Below, one piece after another: positions 44,130 to 56,100 of a DNA stretch of 64,000 nt (position 1 is the stretch's first letter; each line of letters begins with the position of its first letter). Below the pieces are notes generated by a model that did no database searches, was not told the origin of the DNA, and saw only the letters and a list, made by a program, of their open reading frames with translations. This stretch comes from Macrostomum lignano (taxonomy: Eukaryota). The stretch is taken from positions 62,001 to 126,000 of the forward strand of contig NIVC01000111.1 in assembly GCA_002269645.1 (NCBI GenBank), in the 5' to 3' direction. The position numbers were made by a program, and so were the translations under genes.

Positions 44130-46340
44130 TCAGTTCCCCTGATCAGCTTCCGGGTCGTCTGGCTCCTCTTGGGCACGTTGGTCGGTGGATCGCTTGGCTT
44201 TCATCAGCTCACTGCGCAACCGCCGAAACGCCAACTGCAGTCGCGAAGGAGGGACGTGGGCCTTCACAATTCGTACAAGAAATGATTGTACTACGTCCAG
44301 GGTCCTCTCCGCTACACAATCCCTTGACCGGCCTGTCAACGACTTTGTACGCAAGTCCTCCTCGCTGAAAACAGCACGGAGAAGCGCTCTGAGCACGAGC
44401 ATCTCGGTATGCTCGCTTTTTCGCTCCCCGTGTGTCTCCACCGCGGACATAAGCGTCGAGTAGCTGCGAGCCTTGACCTGTAGTAGAAGGGGTAGAATTT
44501 TGAGCTGCAGAGCGATATTGGACTTTGAAATTGCAATTGCATCCACGAATCCATTTTTGCTACCTTGAACGGGTGCCCCGGCATGAGCGGAACCATTTCG
44601 GCCTCCGGTGCTTCTTCTACATGCTGCTGCACGCTGCTGAATGCAGCGCCAGCTGCTGCTGAAGATGCAGCGGCAGCGGCAACGGGCATTGCAGAGGCGG
44701 CGGCAACGGGAATTAAAGTGGCGGCGGTAACGGCGGTTGCAGCAGCGGATGTGGCAGCGACAGTGGCAACGGCACCTGACGGCGTTTCCTCGGCCATCAG
44801 CTCCGCCATCAGATCGCCTGTCTCGCCAGGTCGCGAGACGCCAGCGCCGTCACTGTGCCACTGTGTCAGCGTTCCGACTGCGGCAGCTTTTATTGCGTCA
44901 GCGAATTGGCAGATGCTACTGAACTGCCGCATCACTCCGTCATTCGTACGGGCACGGTCCTGCTGGGCCTGTGCAAGTGGTGGTATTTGATGATGAGGTG
45001 TGGTTTTAAGAATTGGAACGAGTATGTACTCGTAGTTTCACTTCTAGTGCATCAGAAGGGCCGTGCCTCACCTCTATTAGTGCCGCCTGCATTTTGTCCA
45101 GCTCGCGCTCCATGCTCCCAACCTTGAGGAGCAGCTCCCCATTTTCTCTGGCCAACCGGTCAACCGTCAGATCTCGGGCTGCCAGATCTGTCTGCAGCTG
45201 ACCCACGGTCAGCTGGAGAGCCTGCAGCGAGGCCGCAGTTTCATGCAACTTTGCGTCCCGCACGGCGCACTGCGAGCACGTGTCTGGCACTACAGGAGAA
45301 TGTAAGGGTGGGAGTTTTTTAAACATTCTCTCTCTGGCTTTGGCTTCCCGTTTGTCAGCTGGACCCCAGAATAAAATTGCAGGATACCGACAGCTGTTAG
45401 CGGACGGCTTCCTTGCCCAGAAGACGGAGACTTCATCCCATCTGTGATGCCCGTTAGTTGGTGGTGGGTCACAGAAACAAACAGTGCCATCCATTGCACG
45501 AAAGCTGCCTGCTTCTTTAAACTGTACCACCCACCAGGACGACCCACCTAATGCGACGGCAGACGCAGCGGATGGGGTGGCAGCAGCGCCGGTGGCAGCA
45601 GAGGTCGCGCCGGTGGCAGCGGAGCCGGTGGCAGCAGCGCCGGTGGCAGCAGAGGTCGCGCCGGTGGCAGCGGAGCCGGTGGCAGCAGCGCCGGTGGCAG
45701 CAGAGGTCGCGCCGGTGGCAGCGCAGCCGGTGGCAGCAGAGGTCGTGCCGGTGGCAGCAGCGCCGGTGGCAGCAGAGGTCGCGCCGGTGGCAGCGGAGCC
45801 GGTGGCAGCAGAGGTCGCGCCGGTGGCAGCGGAGCCGGTGGCAGCAGAGGTCGCGCCGGTGGCAGCGGAGCCGGTGGCAGCAGCGCCGGTGGCAGCAGAG
45901 GTCGCGCCGGTGGCAGCGCAGCCGGTGGCAGCAGAGGTCGTGCCGGTGGCAGCAGCGCCGGTGGCAGCAGAGGTCGCGCCGGTGGCAGCGGAGCCGGTGG
46001 CAGCAGCGCCGGTGGCAGCAGAGGTCGCGCCGGTGGCAGCGGAGCCGGTGGCAGCAGAGGTCGCGCCGGTGGCAGCGGAGCCGGTGGCAGCAGAGGTCGT
46101 GCCGGTGGCAGCGGAGGCAGTTGGCAGTCGCTTCGGCCGATGCGACCGGCCATCGGTTCGGTTGTGCACCGTGGCTGAGCAGCGGCCGCACAAAAACATT
46201 GAAGTCAGTGGGCATTTGGAGCACCGCACCTCCGCCAGGCTGGTACATGAAGCACAGCTCCTAGCGTCTTGAGCAGCTCGCGTCGGGAGGCTGCCCGACT
46301 TATCGGCTGTGCGGCGGCGAGTCTGGCGACCGGATGACAT
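44130..46340 (-). CDS. CACTA accessory gene: B-box-type zinc finger - Ala/Thr/Gly repeat - coiled coil - BEN-like domain, ~673 aa; complement(join(44130..44477,44564..44968,45072..46340))
   Basis: CASC..CSKC..LCGRCSATVH..H; two phase-0 GT-AG introns join three ORF segments; C-terminal LRALLRAVFSEEDLRTKSLTG fits the BEN consensus. Confidence 0.72.
45575..46115. repeat. In-frame coding minisatellite of 15- and 21-bp units (CCGGTGGCAGC core)
   Basis: Encodes ATGSA/ATGAA/ATGATSA; all unit lengths are multiples of 3. Confidence 0.9.
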
Positions 46341-46790
46341 TTCGCTGAAAAAATTTTAGTGGGGTCCGTTCCGTTTCAAATTCCATATGGGTTCTCATAC
46401 ATTTGAAGGAGTAACGCAGTTTGCTGAATTCACTTATAAAAGTGTATGTACACTCGTATATATTTTCGGGAGGTGAAGAAGCAGGCGGAAAAGCAATCTT
46501 GCCGAGCAGATAGCTAACAGTTGACGTGGGAAACTTGAACATATAAAGTAAATGTTACGTAATACCTGGCCATCCCTAACGGCATAGCATTGTAAACTCA
46601 TAAGTTCGAAGCTTCGCATGCTCAAAATTTACGAGCAGAGCTGACGTTCAATTTCGAAGCTTTTGTCATGTCCCCTCTTAAGTCCCTCTTTCCAGGCCTG
46701 GCCCTGGCGCCGTGTGCAACGGCTGACATTTTTGTTTCATCTGCTTGTATTGTCTACTGCTTTAAACGAATAATTTAATCAATAGTTCGT

Positions 46791-49484
46791 TCACGAGTAT
46801 GACACTTGGGTATGCGGCATGACAGCGATATGGGTATCGTTGAAGGCACACGTGCCGATGATTTCGGCCGCATGGAGGACGACATCTGCATCGTCAGGAA
46901 AGACGTCAAACGGATGACAGGCGAGCCTCCGAACGTGGCAGTAAGTGCAGCCGGCTTCTTTAGGATCTGCAATGCCTGCCAAAAGAAAAAGCGGCTGCAG
47001 CGGTGCATCGGCTAACGGCAGTGGGCTGACTTGAAACGCTGCCGTGTCATTGGCCTGCCTGATCTCTTTTACTCGCGCAAAAAGCAGAGTTCGCGAGTTC
47101 GCCGGACGAAAAGCTGCAACAAAGCAGGAGACTGTTCTCCGCAGTCGGAGCCTCGCGGAGTACGTCTCCACATAAAAGCCGCTTGGCAGCAACGCCCGCT
47201 GAAAGCAACCTGGCCGATTGCGTACTGGACGGGACAATTGCAAACCACCAGCGTAACGCGTGCCGCCCCCTTGATGACCGGGATGGCCGGCCAAGATGAG
47301 CTGCAAACGCGTCTCACTGCAGGCCGTCTCGACAGCGATGGCGTTGCTCAATTCAGCGGCCAGGTTGCGTCGGCCATGCAGTCTAGCCAGCAGCCGGCCG
47401 TGCTGCGACTCAAATAATCCAGTCGAGAGCCTGTGCACTGGGCCAAATGCTGCTGCAAACGATGGCAAATGCTGACAAACCTTGGGATGGAGAAGAAGGG
47501 GGATGTTTCACACAGCAGTAATTAACGTTGTTGTGCTTGCAATGGAGCAGTTTTAAGTGACTTGTTACAAATTTAACTACATGGTGCACGTTATAGGTCA
47601 GAGCCCGTCTTGAGTACAACGGCTCCAGACGGTGCGCGAAATGTCGCAATGAAGTGCGTGCGCGTTCCACTTCGTACAGTGGCGCGTCGTCCAGCGTAAG
47701 CCAGAAGAAAGACGAAGACAGCAAGTTGAAATGCTGTGCGTACGTCTCCGGCAGAATGTCTGGGAACACAATCGGGCCGTACAGCAGCAACCACGCTTCC
47801 AGCTCGTGACCCCTGAGATGGCCAAGGTCTCGCAAACTCCGTGGTGCTCTCTGTACCGCGCCCCTCGGAATTCGGATCGAGGCAGTCAGAGCGTCAACGA
47901 GTTGAACGGATCCTCGTAGATCCGGGTTGACTGAATTTTGGCAAAAGTGTTTAGTCTGATAGCAAGTAAAAAATTAAACCTTTTTTCCGACTAAATGGCA
48001 ACATTCAGCCACGAACCTGCACTCGAGTCCGGCTTGGGTGAGCCAAACAGCTGCGTGAGCGTCCACTTGACGGGGCCCTCGCACAACTGATGCAAATAGC
48101 ACGGTGGGGTTGCTGTAAAAGTGTGGGGCCTTTTACTGTGAGCTTAGCAGTCCAACTTAAGCTTAACAATCTCAGCTAGGAACTTATTCGTTACCCCAAA
48201 TGTAGTCGAACCCAGATAATTCACTCAGAGGGGACAACGCCTTAACGCCGAGGTTACCATCTCGCAACTCGACGCCGACGCGCGCAAGGTGTACAGTATC
48301 ACGCAGACACCGCACCTGAGGCTGCTGACAGCCACGCTCTGTAGCTAGGGCGACATCAGCTGCTGCCACGTCCGGTGGATAGAAGCGCGCCTGTCCTTCA
48401 CCAACGGGAGCAGTACGGATGTAACATTTGTCACACCCGTGGACAGCGTTAAAGCGCTTAACGCCGATTGTCTCAGCCCGCTGTGGCGCGTCCATCATGA
48501 ACATCAGTGGATGAAAACGGATGACACCGGCCTGAGTCGCATCAGGGCCGCATCCTCTTCTGCATGCAACTCCATCCAGACTCAGCTTATTAAGCTGCTG
48601 TACTACCATTGGGAGATAAGCTGTAGAATTAAGCTTCTGTCTGCCGCACCAGTAGCCGCAGGTCACCACGCTGTTGGCTTTCAGGCGGTCCGGTATCTCC
48701 ACCACGGACAGGTACACAGGACAGATTTCCATAACGGAATGGCGGAATGCCTGTTGCAAATAAAATGAAGCTTCGAATTGTCCGACTGTAATTAATTTGT
48801 CGCATCGTTTAACCATCCAGAACATGGGACAAAACTGCAACAAAGATGGCCCCCTTACTCGTACTTACCGGAAATCCGTCAATGCAAACAACGTAACTCA
48901 GGTCCTGTCGGGAGTCCAGAGAAATGGAACTCTTAAATTTGCAGTACCCTTCAGAAGAGCCGAGTCCAAGAAAACCAGGCTCGCACTTCTGGTCTGCGGG
49001 GAATACGACTTTCTGAAGCAATCCTTCCGCTTCTATCTGCAACTGAAGCTGCTTACGGACGTCCATCTGCCAGTACGTGCAGATTTTGTCCGGCGTCAGT
49101 GCAGCTGTGCAGTTTTCACAGACAGTGTCAGCTGTATCCACTCGAGCGAGGCACTTCAGGCAGAAATTGATACATTTGGGTTTCCGTCGACGCACCCCTA
49201 AGGCCTGGCGCAACAGATGCTTCGACGTAGGGATGCACCCACCAGCAGGCAGAGTCTCGTCAATCAGAGCCAGGACAGCACGGACGACGCTACCATTTAA
49301 ACCGTACCTGGTAGATGGATAGATAGATAGATAGATAGACAGATAGATAGACAGCACGGATGACACTACCATTTAAACCGCACCTGGTCACAATTTTCTG
49401 CATTGCAACAGCAAAGCTCCCGTACGTATGTCCACTTCCTGGGCACACGGGATCATGCAGTCTCGGATGAGCTTCGTCATCGGA

Positions 49485-49523
<39 letters not shown>

Positions 49524-49976
49524 ATTATGGAGGTTTCCGTCGGACAAGGGTGCAGCCTCCTCGATATTTACGTCATCCTTGACGTCACCCCGATGGTCTC
49601 CGTCTCCATCATCATCCGACCATCCTGCCTCCTCTAACAGCACATCGGGGGAATCCGTCTGCTCAACCTCCATGTGGACAGTCGGTTCAGCAGCACCGTG
49701 GTCTCCAACGGGGACAGCAGCCGCCCCATTATGGGCGTCCTGTCGCTGTTGAGCGAGACGCTCACGACGCCTTCGTTGTCTAAGTGCGTCACCACGACGC
49801 AACCGTCCTGTTGGGTCGGCATCAGCAGCTTCGCGCTCCCTGCGCCGATAGACCTTTCGCTGGGCCGCCCTGTCAGCCATAATAGCGCTGCAGACATTTT
49901 CGGACAAGTATTTTGTGATGAGGTGCGTGTTAAATAAATAGGCTACTACTCTAATCTGCCAGTGTTCGTACAACAA
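46791..49976 (-). CDS. Multi-exon CACTA/EnSpm transposase (Transposase_21/DUF4218-like); true start probably MADRAA near 49880, 3' end uncertain
   Basis: CLKC..CENC; CIDGFP|AFRHS..CPVYL (intron 48751-48868); MDAPQRA..KRFNAVHGCDKC; YLHQLCEGPVK; PRSL..GHELEAWLLLYG; LY..TYNVH; FGPVHRLSTGLFESQHG. GT-AG introns with compatible phases. Confidence 0.85.
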
Positions 49977-50362
49977 ATACTAGCTACATTGACAGAAGGG
50001 TACGAAAATAATTGAGACGACGATACACGAGAATTCAAAAATCCAAATGCAGTCCAAAAACGTGCGTACACAGCTATCTGTATATACTTGCAATCTGACA
50101 CTGGGAACCGAGAACCACTAGTACTTTGCGATCTTATACTGGGAACTAAGAACCACTAGAACGTAGTTGAATCAGGATGTGGCACTCGTAATTGTTGCAC
50201 ATTTTTGAAGGCTAGCTTGTTTACGTGTGTACTCATACGATGTTGAAGCTTTAATTCCTGTTTAATCTACATCAGTCTAGTGGTCCTTGGTACAAACTGC
50301 CATATCACCCTGGCATCCACCGGCGTCACATACATATATACACTCATGAACGGAGGTAGCAG

Positions 50363-50620
50363 TTATTCCTCATTTGGAGTACATATTTGGAGTACGCTGT
50401 CTAGCAGGGCAGACCAGTTAATGGGATCCGGAGTTGGCTCGTCGTTGTTTGAAACAGTCTGGGCAAGGGTGAGGACCGGGTCGTTCACCTCGTCCACGTC
50501 GAAATCAGAAATCCCGCTGGTTAAATCCGAGGCTGTTAGAACGTCATCCAACAGAGCAGACCAATTTATGTCACCACTCATTTCAATTTGCCAGCTGTAA
50601 GTCAAATATGCAGGTGACAA
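50363..50620 (-). CDS. Short acidic ORF/exon inside the transposon, function unknown
   Basis: Asp-rich, with INWSALLD twice; acceptor-like TTACAG at 50595-50600. Confidence 0.35.
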   Translation of the reverse strand: MSPAYLTYSWQIEMSGDINWSALLDDVLTASDLTSGISDFDVDEVNDPVLTLAQTVSNNDEPTPDPINWSALLDSVLQICTPNEE

Positions 50621-50864
50621 ACATGTACAATAGCGTCAACGTTCGCTACATATCGCTACACAAGGCTACACGACATACACCATACCAACCTCAGCAGGAC
50701 CTCAACAAGATCTAAGCTGGGAACAGCCTAAACAGACGCTGCATCTACACATGCGCACTTTTACGTGTACTTGCAGTAGAATGTCATTTAACCACACAAA
50801 AACTACACGACGATGGACGCCAACATACAAATTGTGTTTTAAACGTACATGTACAAGTAGTTCG

Positions 50865-51365
50865 TTAACCCCGCTGTGGCATGCGCACTGGTGCAGGAGG
50901 GGGTGGGGAGGGGGGCGGAGACGGTGGAGGATTGCGACGATGCGGGAGCAGGGGCATTCTAAAAAAATCTTCGCCCAGTTCATCATCTTCTTCTTCCTCT
51001 CGATCCTCTTCTTCTGCTGCAGCTTGTCGCTGCCTTTGAAGCTCCAGCACCTCCTGCTGCCTCCGCACGCCTATCTGCTGGTACTCTAGTAGCTGTTGCT
51101 GTCGCTGCAACAGCCGCTGTTGCTCCTCGAGCAGCCGCTCTAATGCAGCAAGCCTGTCTTGCTGCTGCTGCATGCTGGGGTTCTCTACATTTAGTGGCTG
51201 TAGTAACTGCTGCTGCTGATGAAGGTTGACCTGCAGCTGCTCAACTACCAGCCGCTGTCGCTCCCCAAACTCTTCCCGCAGGTCCTCCAGATAAGGTATC
51301 ACAACCTCCGGTGCCTCGTCCTCCATCACGTCCTCCTCTTCCTCCAGTTCATTACGTGGATCCAT
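50865..51365 (-). CDS. Acidic/Gln-rich coiled-coil ORF with Pro-rich tail, 166 aa, inside the transposon
   Basis: ATG start, GC-rich codon usage, E/Q-rich helical composition. Confidence 0.5.
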   Translation of the reverse strand: MDPRNELEEEEDVMEDEAPEVVIPYLEDLREEFGERQRLVVEQLQVNLHQQQQLLQPLNVENPSMQQQQDRLAALERLLEEQQRLLQRQQQLLEYQQIGVRRQQEVLELQRQRQAAAEEEDREEEEDDELGEDFFRMPLLPHRRNPPPSPPPSPPPPAPVRMPQRG

Positions 51366-51612
51366 GGGTACCTATATAGCTGCAAAAAGCAGCTGCACAG
51401 TAGTATTGTTGTCCTGATTACATGTCCCCCACAAGAGGCTATACCAGACCATTATTTATCAACTATTTGCAATCTAGCTGAGGAACTTCTCTCACTTCCC
51501 TAGTTAAATTGGTGTAGACGAATCAAGCAGCGGAATTACATGTACACATGCAACGAAGCCTTCGTACGTAGGATAAAATGAACAACGCAAGAAAAAAGTA
51601 ACACCGATCAGG

Positions 51613-51794
51613 ATTAAAAAGCACCTCAAGTGCTGGCAGTTGCCAAACTGGCTAACTGTAGGTATAAAACATTTTGGAGCAAACAGCTCATTTCTAAGTT
51701 TGCATTAAAAAGCACCTCAAGTGCTGGCAGTTGCCAAACTGGCTAACTGTAGGTATAAAACATTTTGGAGCAAACAGCTCATTTCTAAGTTTGC
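51613..51794. repeat. 91-bp tandem duplication (2 copies)
   Basis: ATTAAAAAGCACCTC...TAAGTTTGC begins at 51613 and again at 51704. Confidence 0.92.
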
Positions 51795-53133
51795 GTTTAG
51801 TTTCTCTTGACATAAAAATTCTTCTTACATCACACTGAAATTCAAACGGTACTACACTCTTCACCTCCGTGTAATATACATGTTCACCTACAGTCTACAA
51901 GTACATTTTAAAACGCACCAGAAAATCACAACAGATCAGACACCTAAAATAATTGCTAACGGAATGACAATGTATTTGGGAAGCAAATAGAAGTTATTAA
52001 TCTTCTCTGCAACACGCTTCCTGCACCGTACAAACCGTAGTCCAGTTAATTGAATGTAGGCGTCGGCATTCGACCAGTGACAGTTGGAACAGACCCCGCC
52101 GCTGAACAATAGCTGCAAAAGTGAGCAAAAAGGCTTTTTAGAAAGCAATATACACTCCGTTTTAGCCTACTGAACTCTAATTGCACTAACTAGCCTACTG
52201 AGTTAGTAGAAAGTTTAGCGCTAGTACAACGATTCTTAGACGATTTTTTCGCGACTCTTTTACGCTTCTACAACTCACGTGACGCGCTTGTGATGCAAGA
52301 GTCACTTCTCCGTCGCATTTGACGCGTTTGAGTCGTTAAAAAGTCACAAGAGTCGCCCCAGACGCGCTAGAGTCACTAGAGAGTTGTTTGCAACGACTTT
52401 TTAGCGACTCTTGTCACGGTATCGTTTTCAACGGGAGAGCTACTGATTCCACGTAGTTTGATAAAAGCCCCATCTACACTCAACTGTGTAAAAGACTACC
52501 AAGTATATTTTAATGAATTTTGGGAGGGATAGTTCTGTCCGATTTGGTATAGTACGGGCTGAGGGCGTTTTATTGAGTTGGAATTGTCTCAGAGCAGCCC
52601 CTTTGGCCCCTTTTTGAATTAACTGTTGAGTTTTGTAGCTGTTCTGCTTCGTGCATCTTATAATTTGCGTCATACAAACTGTGCAGTTCGAAATACAAGC
52701 ATTAAATTCGAAAAAAAAACTACGAGCGTACTTCAATCCTGTTGCGTGCTGCTAACAACATTTTTCGATAGCAGCTTTTTTTTCAAACCAGCTAGAACGA
52801 GTTAAATATTAGAAGCAGTAAAAGTTTTTAGTGTCGTTCTATCTGAATGAAGTTTGCTATATAGTTTGAGTTGTGCACTCGGAGAGCTAAGCAGCGATAT
52901 TCTCAATCGCCACTTTCGCTCTGTACTCATCAGCTTGTCACGAAAAGAGCATTAGAATCTTGTTACAGCTACAGCTATTAAACTTAATGATGTATTTCCG
53001 GTTGCAAGTCGCTGAGCGTGTATTAAAAACAAGCATTGAAACCCTGTGCAATGGCCAGATAAAAGTTTCCAGTGTAATTCCTATTATTTAAACACTCAGG
53101 AACTATAGCTCTGCAAAGTGAAGACTTACAGCC

Positions 53134-56100
53134 ATGCAGCGTATTAGCTTCTCATTCGCTATGGCAACCGTAATCCTGCTAATGGCCTGTTGCTATGGCA
53201 TCGCCATGGCGGCTAGAAACAATCGGAATTGCGACAACATTAGTGAGTATAGTGCTTCGATGTATTTTCTCATTGAAACTTCACAATATAGAACTGTGGA
53301 TAGATGTTCACTATGGCTTTTAAGACCCGAAAAATAACTGGGACTAAACTAGATCCAAGGAAGATACCGCGTGGTATCAGGACGTAGCATTTTTAAAAAT
53401 GCTACAAAATTATTAGAAGGCCCGCTAGTTGGCATTGCAGCTAAACTTTAAATAATCTTAACTCTGGATCTGTTGCACTTAAAATGAGTTTTTTGCCAGG
53501 TTTTTTTTAACTATTGTAGATATAGGGCAATATTAAATGTAATGTGACGAAGTTAGATCGATTGTGAACGATGTCGATGCAGCGTGACGCGCTGAGCGCA
53601 TGCTGAGAGTTTATTTAATATATTAACAATGAAAATAATCTTAACATTCTTAACATTAAAGATAGCAACGAGCGTAGCGTATTAATTGCTAGCGTATAGC
53701 GTAGCAATGAGACGGTGTGAAGGAAGGAGATCGAGAGGGAGCAAGCGCGCGTAAAATAGATTCGAATACATTTTATATACTGCTAGGTATTTCTATGAAT
53801 TATACGGTATAACAAAAAATGCGTTAACGCTAAATAAGAAAGTAAAATTTAAATATAATGTAGAAATAGATTATGAATATTATGCTGTATGATACAAAAT
53901 AAGAAAGAAAGGTAAAATAAAGAAAGTGACAGCTCACACTTACATTACGCTATGAAAATTTTTTTGTCACATTGTATTTTTTTCATGCGCCGGTGAAGAA
54001 AGTTAATAAATACCGTGCACCCGCATTCAAAATATTTCGCTTTTTGCCCGGCCTGTTAGGCTTTCTGTTCTCCCGGGTCTTAATTTATCCGGGGGACACC
54101 GCAAAGCAAAATTATTGTCACTTTGCGATAACCTACCCAGGATAATCCAAGGCGCAACAAAATCGGGCTTTAAAATATCCTGGGTTTTAAATTGTCCGAG
54201 GTGAATAAAGATTGGTGGTCAAGTTATTTACCTGATAAAACGCATGTAAATGGGGCAGGACATCATTTCGAGAGAATGGGGCTGACTCAGAGGCCAGGGA
54301 ATACCTGCACCTTAGAGAGGGGAGGGGCAGATGAGGTGCAGTCTAAAAATAAATCGATAATGGACTGGCGTCACATTGCTAGCACTACCAGCGTACGTGC
54401 AATGGAGATCAGTGTACGAGCTAATAGCCCACAAAGGAAAGTGTTGCGCAAATTACAAGTATATTACACGTAACTTTTAAGATATATAGAGTTTATTTCT
54501 TGTCGAAGTTCTACGTTTAGGAAAATTTATCTCTCGATGGCTAAAGTATCGCTGAACCAAGTGTTTTTTATGTTTTGAACGAGTATGTTGAGCTGCCGGA
54601 AAATTCCAGTACGAAAGAGAGAGATAATGTAAAACGAAAAATCAGAGAAAAGAGCAAAAACTTCACGCTTCATTCAGCGGATGGCCTATTTTTGATTGAT
54701 CGAATTACATGTAGATTGGTGAATCAAGTAACAGTTTTTCGGCTGACAATGTATAGTATCAATAGCTTTAATTTTGCTTCTGTTTGGAGTGTGTGAAATG
54801 CAAAATAGTGATTGAAAATACACTCGGTTAAATAAGCATGACGCAGATGTTTGCCAGTTGAAAAAGTAGCAAAAAGTTTTTTTTTACTTTGCTATTCCTA
54901 ACCCCGGATATCAGTAGCCGGAAGTCCTAAAGCAAACCTCTGTCTCCGCAGACTGACCCCTCTCTTTCAACCTACAGTCGGATGTCCGAAGACAACTTCC
55001 CCTTCTTGTGATCTCCGGGCCGGATAGCAGAGTCAGTGCCGTAGGATGTCCGGGAGAGACATCTCAAAGTGCCCAGACAATGCAAAGCAGCTCAAGATAT
55101 CCGGGTAAGAGAAAACAAAGCAGGCTTTTTGCTTGGCAGTATCCGGGCGGATATCGTAAGTGCGTTCGGATATCCGGGCCAGACAAAAAACCCCGGAAAG
55201 TCTAAAGTGTAACACCGGCCCCCGCTCGTGCTCGCTCGGCGGATCGATCGGCCCATTACAAGTAGCATTCAGAATACTGAGCCGATTGAACCTTAGTGGG
55301 GTGTTCGTATATTTAATTGTAAGATTGAGTTGAAGTGTGAACCGATATTTCCGTTGATAAGGGCGCAGGAGGCCCGCGACTATTCTGTAATTTCATGGCT
55401 AACTTTGGAAGGAATAATTAAGACTAGCTCTGTAACTTTTGTGCACTTAAGTATTAATATTTTAATTGCGCCGATCTAAATCTGTAATTACATATAATAA
55501 TAAGCAATTTTTAGTAGATAAATGTAATAGTTAACTTTTCCAACCTTCAATTCATATATACTTGATTAAGTGCCCTTCTCAGTCAATTTATTTAAAGCTT
55601 TGATTGTTGCCAGCGAAACTATATATGTACCTTTCCGACAATTTTATTTGGGAGACAAGTATTGGGGAGGAATCGCAATTTAAGATATCAAAGAGTACAC
55701 ATTTTGGCATCTATTCAAACCATCTCAGGGTAACGTCCGATCGACTGGTGGAAACAGTAGTAGCCTTGGGCCATTATGTTGTATCGCTAACACAGGGATA
55801 AGTTAATTGGGATAATTGTCACCGTCAGGGTTGTCTATAAATTCAGAAATTTTAAGAGGTCTGAGACGTTTAGCCGATATAACAGTAATTTGTATCAAAA
55901 CCTTAGTCATCGCTAGCTATGAGTTCGGATACTCCTTGCCCTTTGTGAGGTAACAGACAGTGAGTCATCGTGAACCATGGCAAGACATTTTGCCGTATTA
56001 GTTAAAGTTTGAGTGAAAACAAATTGCCTTTTTATTATCGGGGTTTGTTTGAATGATAAGTGAATTGTGGGACCGAATTAATTTGAATTCATTTCTTAGA

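Larger units (their letters stand above)
41565..52435 (-). mobile_element. CACTA/EnSpm (CMC) DNA transposon, 10,871 bp
   Basis: TIR CCCGATGAAAACGGTACC vs reverse complement CCCGTTGAAAACGATACC (16/18). AGA TSD at 41562-41564 and 52436-52438. AGAGTCG/AAGTCGC subterminal repeats at both ends; internal transposase. Confidence 0.88.

Noticed and set aside
54000-55205. CCGG-rich segment with an integrase-flank-like ORF (54575-54796)
   Set aside because: No termini or TSD found; similarity is weak.
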